From contig OZ024742.1 of the NCBI GenBank assembly GCA_964016885.1, forward strand, positions 48,608,001-48,672,000: a stretch of DNA of 64,000 nt, written 5' to 3'. Both the position numbers and the translations under genes were made by a program. The first letter of the stretch is position 1, and the number at the start of each line of letters is the position of its first letter. The notes below the pieces were generated by a model. That model had not been told where the DNA came from and made no database searches. It saw nothing but the letters and a program-made list of their open reading frames with translations. Positions 13,020 through 29,211 of the stretch are shown here, in pieces. The DNA comes from Eledone cirrhosa (lineage: Eukaryota).

Positions 13020-13926
13020 GTAAATAATACCGACGAAGATAAAAATAAAATAATATGTTAAGGATAAATATATACATATGTATAACTAGGTGTAAATGTA
13101 CTAATAATTCTTCAACCAAGATATCAACATATTATTAGATATAGGTATGTATATATATAGATATATATTAGGTATTATTAGTGTAGTATACTTTAGGCAA
13201 ATGACAACAGTTCTACTCTTATCAACGTGTTGCATTTATATATATATATATACATATAAGAAAAACAAACAATGAGTGCATGTATAATATAGAGTTCAAA
13301 ATAATGTCTATAATAATTTTTAGTTTGGATATTTTCTCTATATTTGAATCATATATATAGAAATATGGTAGGTATATTTTAAAATATTTAAAAATATATA
13401 AAATACAATATATAACTACATATATATTATAATACATTATATTATAAATAAATAAGAGATCGATTGTACAGCGAAAAATACACATTTATATATAAGTTTG
13501 AATCCGTCTCAAAATTTAGATTGTATAGTGCAGTAAGTATATTTAAAAGAAATATATGCTATATTATACTAAAAATAATAGATCAGAAACTCATTAAAAA
13601 TTTGGAGTTATAGATAAGTTTCATAAAATTTTTTGGATTGGGTATTAAACTAAAATTTAAAAGAGATCACAAATGTATTAAACATTCACAGTTAAATAAA
13701 TTCCATAATTATGTAAGGATTAGTTTTTGTACTAAATTATAGATAGAAATAAAGAGTTAAAGAAATGATGGTGTTGATCAAAGTTAACAAATAATGTTGT
13801 GTGTATCAATGTTTAAGCATGCTAATTGTAATATTGTCATTCATTCTAACGTTGTTTTTTCTATAGATAGTTATAAAATAAAGCAATATTAAAGGCCATT
13901 GATGTTTTTTACTGTTGATTATATAT

Positions 13927-14380
13927 TCATGGTAACCGAGTTGTTATTGGTTCTTTCTTTCTCGTTTTATGTGAGGCTAAAAAAGTGGACGTAGCTTTAT
14001 GGAGGCAATTAGAGAATAATTCACTTTTTTTGTTAATTAGGGTCTCATAATTATTGATAATCAACAGGGTCTCCATTGTACAGAGCGGGCAGTTATTTGA
14101 TATACTAGAGTTCCGAAGTGGTGTCCAAAGAATGGAGTATTCTAGATTCTTCTCTTTTAAAAACCATATGAGCTGTGATAAAGACGTGGATGATTTCTTC
14201 TTAGAGTTCGAGAATGAGCATTTATGGTTCGCGAAACGAAGTTTGAATGTGGGCCAGGTTGATCCAATGTAATTGTATGTTTTATGGTCAGTTTTTACGG
14301 TGCATTTATAAACCAAATTACTATCTAAACAATGATTTTACAAAGGGCAATTATTTTTATTTCTACAATTACATTTTGGT
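13927..14380 (-). pseudogene. GIY-YIG endonuclease C-terminal domain of a PLE
   Basis: KCNCRNKNNCPL..VYKCTV..YNYIGSTWPTFKLRFANH..LSQLIWFLK..CPLCTMETLL..LINKKSELFSNCLH. Confidence 0.88.
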
Positions 14381-14496
14381 TTAGTATCATTAATGTTAAC
14401 TCTATTATTATGATCATTATGTTGGTTTGGTTTTAGGATTTTGGCGTTTAATTTGGTGATGTTTTGGGCCATGTTACTGGTTGTAGAATTTGCGAA

Positions 14497-14610
<114 letters not shown>

Positions 14611-14619
14611 TTATATATA

Positions 14620-14936
14620 CAATGATATTCAATAAATGGAAACTATATTTATAAAATCATATTTATTTTATTATATATATTTCAAAGGTAGCAAGATAAC
14701 ATTGGTACGCTTTCATCAGATAAAATACAAAGTTTGTTGTATAAATAGAGACATACCCATGAAAAACATACCTTATCGGTTGGAAATTCACTGGATAGAC
14801 TATCCAGTGAACTTCCAACCGATAAGGTATGTTATTCATGGGTATGTCTCTATTTATAAAACATATTTTGTATTTTATCTGATGAAAGCGTACCAATATT
14901 TACTCCAGTAACCTATTAATTAAATACCACTTCTAC
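14620..14936 (-). mobile_element. Fold-back PLE 3'-end relic in (TA)n with hammerhead (14666-14725, minus)
   Basis: Arms 14701-14798 and 14800-14897 with a 1-nt loop. Minus strand: ttttat-CTGATGA-stem II-GAAA-tatata-TA-ataaaa. Confidence 0.78.
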
Positions 14937-15936
14937 TTATATATATATATATATATATACATATATACGGCTGGTTCTTATATTGTATCTATGCGTGTGA
15001 GTGTGTATGTGTGTATGCGTGGCTGTATGTGTATACAAACGCATTCGTATATGCGCGTATGTGTGTATATGTGTGTGTATGTTTGTTTTTATATCTATGT
15101 TTTTTACATACTTATATATACGTGTGTGTGTGTATGGGTGCATGTATGTGTATATGTATGTATGTATATATATATATGTATGTGTATGTATGTGTGTATA
15201 TATATATATATATAGTCGCGTACGGGCGTGTGATTAGATATACATGTGCCTATATAAGTGCTTCGTGTGTATGTATGCGCGCCTTTGTATGTATGTACGC
15301 ATGTATTTGCTGTACGTATTTATATATGTATTTATATATATATATATGTGTGTGTACGTACGAACCTATGTTTGTTTTCTATTTTTTCTAGTGTTAATTT
15401 ATAATTGATAACCCCTCCCACTTACTTTCTCTTTGATTTAAAAAAAAGTTTTCATTCTCATATATTGTTTCATTTTTATATATGTATCGGGCCTCAGACT
15501 TACACTACTTTGACTGATACACCCCATTCCCTGTATATATCACTCGCATGTATGTGTTAGCGCGTGCTTTCATACTTGTATGTTCATATATTTCATTCCT
15601 TAATACCTGAATCTGGATGTATCTTAACTATTAGCTTACAATTTCTTTTTCAGCCTATATTATATACGTATTTGTGGTCACACATACACTGATATGCTTG
15701 CCCTCATATATGTACTTACGCACACATTCTTTCACTGTACACATTCATTTGTACATACACACATATGTACATTTGTGAGTGAATATAAACACATTTATAC
15801 ACATACCCTAACCATATTTCCTTATTTTATTTTTATATATCTCTTGCATTACTTTTATTGATATGTATTTTTGCCCGTTAAACTTTTGTGTTTCTTGAGG
15901 AGATTTTTCAAATATTTCACTATGTTTTAAATTGCC

Positions 15937-15998
15937 TTGCCCGATGAACGAATGAGTACGTTATTTTGTATTCGTCTTATTCGGGAAACCTCTAGTAA
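15937..15998 (+). ncRNA. Degenerate hammerhead ribozyme near the end of a probable PLE 3' UTR relic
   Basis: ttgc-CCGATGA-a-cgaatgag...cttattcg-g-GAAA-cctc-TA-gtaa, followed by (TA)n about 30 nt downstream. Confidence 0.5.
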
Positions 15999-16022
15999 TG
16001 AGGTAATTATATTGTATAGCTT

Positions 16023-16060
<38 letters not shown>

Positions 16061-16408
16061 GCACTTTTATCATAGGGCTTCAGATCAAGTAACAACCACT
16101 TCCTAGAAGTAAATTTGATTGAGAATTGTTAAAGAGCGCATGCGGTAGCAGCAAAGATTTTCAGCGTAAAACGTAGCATTAGAAAACTTTAGAATGCTTG
16201 ATTTTGTCAAGATATATATGATTTTTTCTCAGGGTGTTTGTTAAATGTATAGCGTATATCTTGAACGTTTACGTTAACATCAATACACCAGAATAATTAG
16301 AGATGGCACGTCTGTTTATGCAGGAAAATTAATCAGAAATAAAAGAACTACTGCTCTTTGAATTTGCGCTTATTTTGTTATTTATATTTTACAAAATACA
16401 GAATTAAG

Positions 16409-16451
<43 letters not shown>

Positions 16452-18001
16452 AGAAAGTACGTCCATAGAATCATTTGATAAAATATGTACAGTATTTCCT
16501 CTCCTAATCAGCATAATCAACCATACAAAATATCAATTAAACAAGGCTATAAGATTAAAAGGCACCTATGAAGAAACAATAGATAAATAAACAATAGCTA
16601 TCTAACCGCGATCAACAGCCACAGAACATTTACCCAGTATTTCTAATACCACGTGGTAATCGATTAGATATATCGTCAACCATACACAATTAGGTACAAA
16701 AATCAAAATTAGAAGAAAAATGTATATAAGCATACCAAAATTATGTCTCTACCCCAGAGGTTTCATTCGCTTTATGGAAATATCCGATCAAGGAAAAATT
16801 CATGAGTTTCGAAATCATCAGGAAGCAAACTCAATTGGACAAAGATTTTTTCTTAAATGATCCCCGCCAGAAACGAACTCAAAATGGCTAAGAACTGTGA
16901 CGTGGCCAGCGGTAAAATCAGAAATTTGTGATTGGGGCCTTACGGCGAGTGGGCTGGTTGCTAGAAAGCGCAGCCTAATACTGCCTAAATTGTATCTCAA
17001 CCTATATGGGAGATTATCAAATATATTGGTTTACATATACATAAACTAGACAAAGAAAAATCTGTGTCCAATTATATCGTCGCCACCACCCCCACCACCA
17101 CCACTTCAACTACCATATATATAGAAAGAGAGAGTGTGTGATGTCAACATTTCCGGTGGCGATCGCTTAAATAAATATGCTAATTTTCTCCTAATGCAGT
17201 TTATATATAATATCGTCTTTTTAATGTATCATGGATTACGTTACTGATTACATAAGACAGTGTAACAGTCTTCGTTCAATTTCTGTTTATATTGTCAATT
17301 ACGATTTTATTTGATGTATCATATCTACATGTATATATAGCTGTGTATAATATCAATTTATACCCTACACATGTTAGCAGAAAACCACACGAAAGGTGGT
17401 TTGTCTGCTGGTATACCGTAAAATCTCTTCGTAAATTGAGAGAGAACTGAAAGTTTTTTTCTAAAACTAATTTCACTCCCTCCCTTTCATTTTCAGGACA
17501 AACTTTGAATCAGAAAATAGGAATTATGGTATGGAAAGCTGATATTTATTTTTGCTATGCTAGAGCAATGAATATTTGGAATAATAAAACTGGCAAAACT
17601 TAAATTGAAGAGTGTTGAGGAAAAAAACATTATTTTATCAGGTTTTCTCTAAGCTTTTAATAGTAGTTTCTGATTAATATTATTTGAGAGGCTCCAAGGA
17701 ATCTCTTCATAGAAAATGTCTAAATAAATGAATATAGGATCAAATGAAATGATTTAATTATTTTTTCTAGAATCAAGAATGCCTAAATTTTGAAATAAAT
17801 GAGGGAAAGAATTTAAAAGTCACGCGATTAATAATTAAATAAATTAACAGTTTAGCAATAATGTATACACAATTATTAACTTTGCATATTTACTTTTTGT
17901 TGGGATATAAAGATAAATTTTCATATCCTAATTTATCACAGCTCTCAGAATATTAAACATATTAACCTAAAACAAAAGATGATGATAATGATGATGGTGA
18001 T

Positions 18002-18056
<55 letters not shown>

Positions 18057-18059
<3 letters not shown>

Positions 18060-18690
18060 TTGTGTCCGAGTGTAAACACCTAGCCCAGACCCACTATAAG
18101 GGCTGGAGACACGATGTGATGGGCAGGGTGATCCACTGGCACCTGTGCAAAGTAAACAATCTACCACATTCTGAGAAATGGTATGAGCATAGGCCAGAGG
18201 CGGTGATGGAGAACAGTCAGGTGAAGGTGCTGTGGGATTTTAGGATACAGACGGACAAAAAACTGGAACACAATAGACCTGACCTGGTGGTTGTGGACAA
18301 AGAAAAAAGATCGTGCCTGATTGTGGATGTGGCCTGCCCGTTCGACACGAGAGTGCAAGAGAAGGAGAGGGAGAAAATTAACCGATACCAGGACCTAAAG
18401 TGGGAGGTGAGAAGGATTTGGAACTGCCATGAAGTCAAAGTGATCCCGATTGTCATAGGCGCACTGGGGACTATCTCCAAAGGTTTCCAGGGATGGTTAA
18501 AGAAAATCGGCCCCTCCACGCTTTTTGGAACGCTTCAAAAGGCATGCTTGCTTGGAACGGCAAGAACCCTCCGATACGTCCTGAATATCTGAGGCTGCAG
18601 GTAGTGGCTTGATATTCAATCCAACGGACTTTCCAGTTAACCAACATCAATGACTGAGATTCAAGGAATAACAATAACAATAATAATAAT
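18057..18690 (+). mobile_element. 5'-truncated R4/Dong-clade non-LTR retrotransposon in (TAA)n
   Basis: ORF 18062-18592 with RHD...LWDFRIQTD..NRPDLVVVDK..VDVACPFD..KE.EK..Y.DL (restriction-like endonuclease). Flanked by (TAA)n. Confidence 0.9.
18062..18592 (+). CDS. Restriction-like endonuclease (PD..D/ExK) C-terminus of an R4/Dong element, partial
   Basis: Open 176-aa frame with the conserved RLE motifs. 5' truncated. Confidence 0.8.
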   Translation: MSECKHLAQTHYKGWRHDVMGRVIHWHLCKVNNLPHSEKWYEHRPEAVMENSQVKVLWDFRIQTDKKLEHNRPDLVVVDKEKRSCLIVDVACPFDTRVQEKEREKINRYQDLKWEVRRIWNCHEVKVIPIVIGALGTISKGFQGWLKKIGPSTLFGTLQKACLLGTARTLRYVLNI

Positions 18691-18707
18691 AATAATAATA
18701 ATAAATA

Positions 18708-19001
18708 ACTGAAACTATACCAGTGGTTGTAGGCGCTCTAGGAATGATACCTATGGGGTCTAATGATTACTTATCGCAAATCCTAGGAAACCCGCGTATA
18801 GGAGAAATACAAAATATAGTACTAATTGGAACTGCCCATATACTAAGGAATATTCGGTCAATATCACAAGTCTAAACACCTAAAGATGCATGTGTGTGTA
18901 TGTATGTTCTTTCTTGAACATGGTGGACCTTGTTGTCTCCTGAGGTCATTGGTTGTGACTTGGTGATAACTCGTATAAACATAAAGCCAGATAAATGCAA
19001 C

Positions 19002-19003
<2 letters not shown>
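18708..19003 (+). mobile_element. Second, divergent R4/Dong 3' fragment in the same (TAA)n tract
   Basis: TETIPVVVGALGMIP...EIQNIVLIGTAHILRN parallels VKVIPIVIGALGTIS...TLQKACLLGTARTLRY. Confidence 0.8.
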
Positions 19004-19064
<61 letters not shown>

Positions 19065-19589
19065 TAACTGTGGTCTTCTCTGAACAATTTATGAGAAGTC
19101 AATGAGTGTATTTTTATTTGAATTATCTTTGCCAACCGCTTTTTTAAACAGAAGCTTAACGGAGTTGAAGTAGGTTTATAATTATAAGAGATGGATATAT
19201 TTGCAGAGAACTAAGTGCAAATGTGTTTATTATAGGTATCTACACGTTTTATTAAATAAATGTAGACTGTGTTCTTAATGCAGGCTGTGCATCATTAAAT
19301 AATAAATTATTGCCTTTGGTTTGAAGTTGTATCACATACATTTCTTTACATTAATGCAAGTGTAGGCACTAATACTGGAAATGTCTTTGTAAATTAGACA
19401 AGCGTATTGATCAGGCGTAAAAGGACTAGTAATCATAATTCATCAAACTATTGCAGCAATCAACTTTCATTCGTTATGAATAGAAAATAATCAAAGAAAT
19501 TGATTTCAATTATTTCAATTGCTTTTGTTGCCTCAAACACTATATCAGATTAAGTGATCTTATTCGCGCCTGTCTAATACTTTTCTCAG

Positions 19590-21822
19590 ACCCGTGAAGA
19601 TTTCTTATCACGGTAAATCAAAGAGTTTTTGGAAGGGAGCAAACCGTAATCATTGGCAACACAACATTTACAAGTAAGGAAAAGGAAATAATGGAGGAGG
19701 CGAGATAATACTGGCTAGATGGAGTCGGGATTTCCTCAACAAAGTTGTGTGGCTGTAGTATTTTGGAGTTGGATGGAGGATGGAAAGCCTACTGTTCAGT
19801 TGTGACGCCAGAAATGACTGCACATGTAGGAGTTGTGATATTAACAAGCCGCCGGCTGACAGAATGTTTTATGAACTAGATCCCATGGGGAGGGAGGATT
19901 TCTCTCTTGAGGCTTAAACTGAAGGATATCTCTCTGTGAGAGGTGCAAATAGTTTGAATATAGATCCTTCCTTGATGATGTCACTGCTAGGTTAGATGTT
20001 ATTAAGACTTAATTATCTAATGAAAACTAAATATCTTAATGAGAGTCTTCAATGCATATGTCGGCACTGTTAATCTCACATAGTAAGCAGTAATTGGAAG
20101 GAGAGGCGATCCCGATGTAAATACGAATGGAGAAGCCTCAGACTTCTATTCTAGTAATGGGTGGTCTAATATGAGCAACTTCTTTCAGCACAGAAACATT
20201 AATAAATATACATAGTATAAGGAGAAAGTGAATTTTCATCGATTCTGTCCTGGATATTGGTTTAAAATTGAGGAGCTGAGCTGTCAACTGATCAACATCT
20301 AGTTATCTGCAACTTGAGATTACGTAATGCCAAGGAAGCCCACAATTCTGGCAGGTCCAAGTCGATCTCCAGAAGAAAGTGGGAGGCGTTGGCGGACAGG
20401 GAAATCAGGACCAGGTACACAGATATTATAGCATCCAAATTCAGAGAACTCCATGAGCAAAACGAGTAAGTTGAAACAGAGTTGAGATTTTTAGTTTCGT
20501 AGGTACTAATTCAACTGTTATATGCTGCTGGCGAAAGTGGTGTGGCAACACGTGGCATGAGGACCACTTGGTTCAATGAAGATGTCAAAGATTCTATCCA
20601 AGCAAATAAGGATACCTAGAAAGCTTGGCTTAGAAATTAGTACATCTTGTCTTTGTGGTAAACGAGATATTAGAAAACCTTAGATAGAGAAGGTATTGTC
20701 CGACTGACTCATGTATACCTGCTTGACTGGATCGCTGGAAAGGCATCTAAGAGAGGCAATAGCGTATGTTAATCACAATTTCCAAAGCGGAAGAAAAGAG
20801 AGATTGTTCTAATTATAGATGGATCTCCTATTTAAACATTCCGGTACTACAGGACTTGTTGTGTAAGTTTCTGCTGGATTATGGGATCTGTATTCGGATA
20901 TATGGTACTAAATCGAAGCCATTCAACATAGGAATGGGATTCCGTGATGAGTGTTGCCTCTCGTGCATAATCTTCATAAAGAGGATTTACATAGCATGCT
21001 TAGGATCAGTCAGCTGGAATTTGCAGACGACATGGTATTACTTAACTCGTCATAAGTTAATTTTCGTTCTTATTAGGTTTGATGGCATGTGCTGCACGGC
21101 GGGAATGGAAATCAGGGCTGTGAAACCTAAGAGACTCATCGGCTCATGGAAGTCTACACAGTGCGATCTACATGTGAGTGAAGTTCCACTGCAGCAGGTG
21201 GAGAGGTTCAAGTATCTCGGAGTCGTGTTCACGAGTGATGGAAGGTAGGAGGCTCAATTAAGTGCTATGATTGCAGAATATTTACTGTTATGCGGCATCT
21301 CCAAAATTCGGTAATCAGAAAGGAGATAGGTGTAAAAGCCAAACACGCTACTTTAATTTGGTATTTGTGCCAACAGTGATCTATGCTCTTGAATCTTGGG
21401 TACTGACCGAAGGAATAGGAACGAGAATACAAACGGCCGAAATCTTGTTACTCAGGGGGGATTTTGAAATTACGTTACTCGATAGGGTGTGTAGCTCGGA
21501 GATTAGAGAGTTGCTCAAGGTAAAGCGGCTACTCCCGTTTGAGAGATTACACCTAAGATATTATGAGTATGCACTTAGACTCAGGTTTAAACCCCGAGCT
21601 AGATGGTTGAATACCGTGCATGAGCTCGGCTGGTCTTGCTTGAAGATGCAGCCAGTTCAATTGGAGACGATTGCTTCTGAAGAGAGCTACTAGAAGCTGT
21701 GTTTCAACTATCTGCCCCCACAACCCTCACGGGAATATGTAGGTGAAGAAGAAGAAGAAGAAGAAGAAGAAGAAGAAGAAGAAGAAGAAGAAGAAGAAGA
21801 AGAAGAAGAAGAAGAAGAAGAA
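19590..21822 (+). mobile_element. Decayed RTE-clade (Expander/Rex3-like) LINE with (GAA)n tail
   Basis: CSNYRWIS, LQQVERFKYLGVVFTSDGR, FVPTVIYALESWVLT, RARWLNTV. 3' end ctgcccccacaaccc...(GAA)n. 5' boundary approximate. Confidence 0.8.
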
Positions 21823-21851
21823 ACTAACTGGCCGCTATTATCTATTTCTAT

Positions 21852-22041
21852 AAGGGCGGTGGATTGGCAGTATCGGTAGAGGGTCGGGCGCCATTCTTTG
21901 AAGCATAGAGTTACCTCCCTTTATGATCCGAGTTAAAATCCCGCCGAGGTTAACTTTGCCTTTCATCCTTACGGGGTCGATAAAATAAAGTACCAGTAAT
22001 GCACTGGGATAATTGCTGGCCTTGTGCCAAAAGTAGAAACA
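21852..22041 (+). mobile_element. Full-length tRNA-derived Nin/Deu-domain SINE with 15-bp TSD
   Basis: attatctatttctat at 21837-21851 and 22042-22056. Confidence 0.92.
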
Positions 22042-22520
22042 ATTATCTATTTCTATCACCATTTAGTGCAATGGTTTTAAATTATATGTATAAGATATGG
22101 ACGAAAAATTTAACTAAAGAACTCCAGAACTCAAGAATGGAAATTAGGCTGATGCATTTAAAGCGATAGAAATAAGAATTGCCAGTTAAGATGTTCACAA
22201 ATCTTTGAATAAATTTAGTTATATGAACTGAAATATATTTCAAAAGAATCTATTTTTTAAAGAAATGACCATACAATCATAATGTAACTTTACAATACTT
22301 GTTTGAATATGACGTTTTGTTCTTTTCATATAACATTTATAAATCCTTTTAAAGTTACATCAATATTGAGAATTTATAAAAATTTTAAATATAATCGGTT
22401 GATATTTTTGATCCACTGAAGTTAACTTTGCCTTTCAACCTTACGGGATCGATAAAATAAGGCACACTTGGATAATTATTTGATGCACCCTCTCTCTCTC
22501 AATCTCTCTCTCCCTCTCCT

Positions 22521-26756
<4,236 letters not shown>

Positions 26757-26760
<4 letters not shown>

Positions 26761-28400
26761 CGCAACTGTTCATTCGGAGTTTGCCTTTCCTAGAGAAGTG
26801 TTGTGTTTTTGAGTATCAGGTATTTAGAGGCCATGGGTTTAGCGTAGTGTGAGTGGAGATTTTGGGCTCCCTCGTCTATAGTGTAAATCCAGAGTTCCGT
26901 CTCTAATACAGGTAGTCTATTGTTTGGGTGTTTGGAAGGGTAGTCAATTGTTACTGTTATACTCTGGTGTTTGTTGTTAGCTATCTGCTGGATGATTTCC
27001 ATTGTGCTATATTCCAAATCATGTTCGTTAGTACTCTCTTCTGGGAGTGTCCTTATTATTATATTAATATAGTCTACGTAACGAGGGTACATGGTGAGGT
27101 TTATGGGGCTCTCTTCAAGGAGATCTTTGAGTCTCCTTTCCCACCATACAATAGAAGGTTGGCTACATCGCCAGTTATGCTGACAGCAATGGTTGCTCCC
27201 TCATTTTGCGTGTAGATATTTTCATTTAATTTTAGTATATGGCCCTTTAGGGTAATTTTAATACAAGCCCCTATTGCATGCGGGACCATTTTTCTCACCT
27301 GATCATTGTTTTGGGGTGTCCGGATGGCTTTGGTCCACCCAATCCACCTTCCCATGGGAGAATTTTTTGCCTCGAGGTTATGGTAGGGGGGGGATCTACC
27401 TCTTATGGGTCTACTGGGGCAGAAACGGCTAAGGTCATGGCTGTCTAGGTACTCGGTGTCATAAGTAAGTCTACGTAGGAGGCCCAGTTCATCTGTGTCG
27501 ACGTCGCAGAACACTACCTCACTCTTATTGATTATTTCCACACATTTTTCCACAGCAATATCAATGTTAATGGATGGGTACAGTGATACCACGTCTATAC
27601 TGCCTATTATGCAGTTAGATAGGTTTTTATTTTTGTTGCACTCATTGATTCTGCTGAGGAGGTCCTCTGTACTATCACATACATCTGGGGACATCTTAAT
27701 TATGGGGCGTATAACCATTGAGAGGAAGTAGGAGATCCTGTAGTTGCTAGCGATATTGGTTCCGCATACAGGTCTTGTTGGTGATCCGGTTGTCGGGTCG
27801 TCGACTGTCTTATGGTTTTTGCGGAGCCCATACAAGGGTGATATGTCATTATTAGACGCCTGGAAGTTGTTGGCAGTGCGTCTGCTTGGCTTTAGCATAT
27901 CGGGCCACATCATCATGTGAGCGTTGAGGATCTTCTCCCTCCCCTCGTGTGTTTGTGTGTAATTTCGCTCGTGTTGTCGATGTGGGTTTGCATAGCGTTG
28001 ATGTAGTTCGGCCTGCTGTCTGTCGACATCCTACCATATTTATCTGTGGGTAGACATACTACCTCACCATCCTTGTGCGCTACTTGAGGCTAACTAAGCC
28101 TTCTACAGGTTTCCTTCCAAGTTGTTAGACCTCTGATCTGCTTTGTTTCTTAGTATATCGGTCTACTATTTGTGTAATCTTATTTCTAGCTATGGTGAAC
28201 TGCGCCTCTGTCTCGTCATCTATTTGTTGTGGTATACAAACCCTTTTATTAAAATGTAACTTAGTAGGATAAATTTTACTCATCTTATATGTTTTATCAG
28301 CTAGGTTGAAGAATAGTTTCTCTAAGGGGTTGTCATTATATCTATTGTCATAGTTGTGTGTGTTGCTTTTATTGTTATTATGGTTGTCGTTAATGTTTCC
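26757..28400 (-). mobile_element. Decayed PLE of a non-Naiad clade, RT part
   Basis: GEVVCLPTDKYG, PLYGLRKNHK, PTRPVCG, SIDVVSLYPSI, YTQNEG..GDVANL, RYVDY, LPVLETELW..HYAKPMAS. Confidence 0.8.
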
Positions 28401-28412
28401 ATTATTGTGGTT

Positions 28413-28942
28413 TGCCCCGCCCTCTTCCTTTAGCCGGGAAGGGCAGGCAGTTTTTATCTGTCTGGTGGCCATGGCGAAAGAGATAGTATGGTGGACACGT
28501 TTGAAAGAGCTGAAGACGAGCACTTACCTCTTCGGTGATGCCCCGATTAACCTTTTCAAATTTCATTTGAAAAGGAAAATCAGGGTAGAAAGGGAAGTGC
28601 TCTCTTCCCAGCATTTTGTTGAAAGATGGGTGAGAGAGGCAAGAATGGCCCGAGTGAATGGGCCTACTCTGAGTATGTGTCTGTAAATTAAAGGTGGAAA
28701 ACTGGGAGAGGGCACTTGCCCTGGTGGTCAGGGTCACTGTGGCTGTTTAATGGGCTTTCTCCACCAATGTCCCTCGGAAGTCTCCCCCCTATTGGGGAAT
28801 TTTTTCATTGTTCTATTATTACATCCTGTTTCTTGTTTTTTTTACATGCAGAAATGCCCATTTGTACCGCCCTGTATTGTCCTGTACTGCCCTTAATGTC
28901 TACTTTATATAAACCCTTGTGGTTAATGAAGAAATCATTATA
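28413..28942 (+). mobile_element. 5'-truncated Tx1-like LINE 3' fragment with 12-bp TSD
   Basis: Homologous to about 34290-34780. attattgtggtt at 28401-28412 and 28943-28954. Confidence 0.88.
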
Positions 28943-29211
28943 ATTATTGTGGTTGTTGTTGTTTTTGTTCTGTCAATCGTTAATATTATTATCATTATTA
29001 TTATTATTGAGTCTGAACGAACGTCGTTTTGCTCGCCCTCGTAAGTTTATTTATTTACCTGTCAAAACTTATTTATTGAATTTTTTGTTGTTGTGTAAGG
29101 CATACAAGCCCTTTGACTTTGTCCTGTGGAGGGGAAAGAATAATATTTGGGCCTGTTGGCCAAAATATTTGAACTATTTTACATTTTAAAAAAAATTATC
29201 GAAAAAAAAAC

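Larger units (their letters stand above)
12008..14481 (-). mobile_element. 5'-truncated Naiad-type PLE (GIY-YIG end plus long 3' UTR) between (TA)n tracts
   Basis: Endonuclease at about 13927-14380, hammerhead at 12148-12206, TTGAGTGC motif near the terminus. Confidence 0.85.

Noticed and set aside
21852-22041. tRNA gene (A/B boxes)
   Set aside because: tRNA-derived SINE head with no complete cloverleaf, followed by SINE body and TSD.
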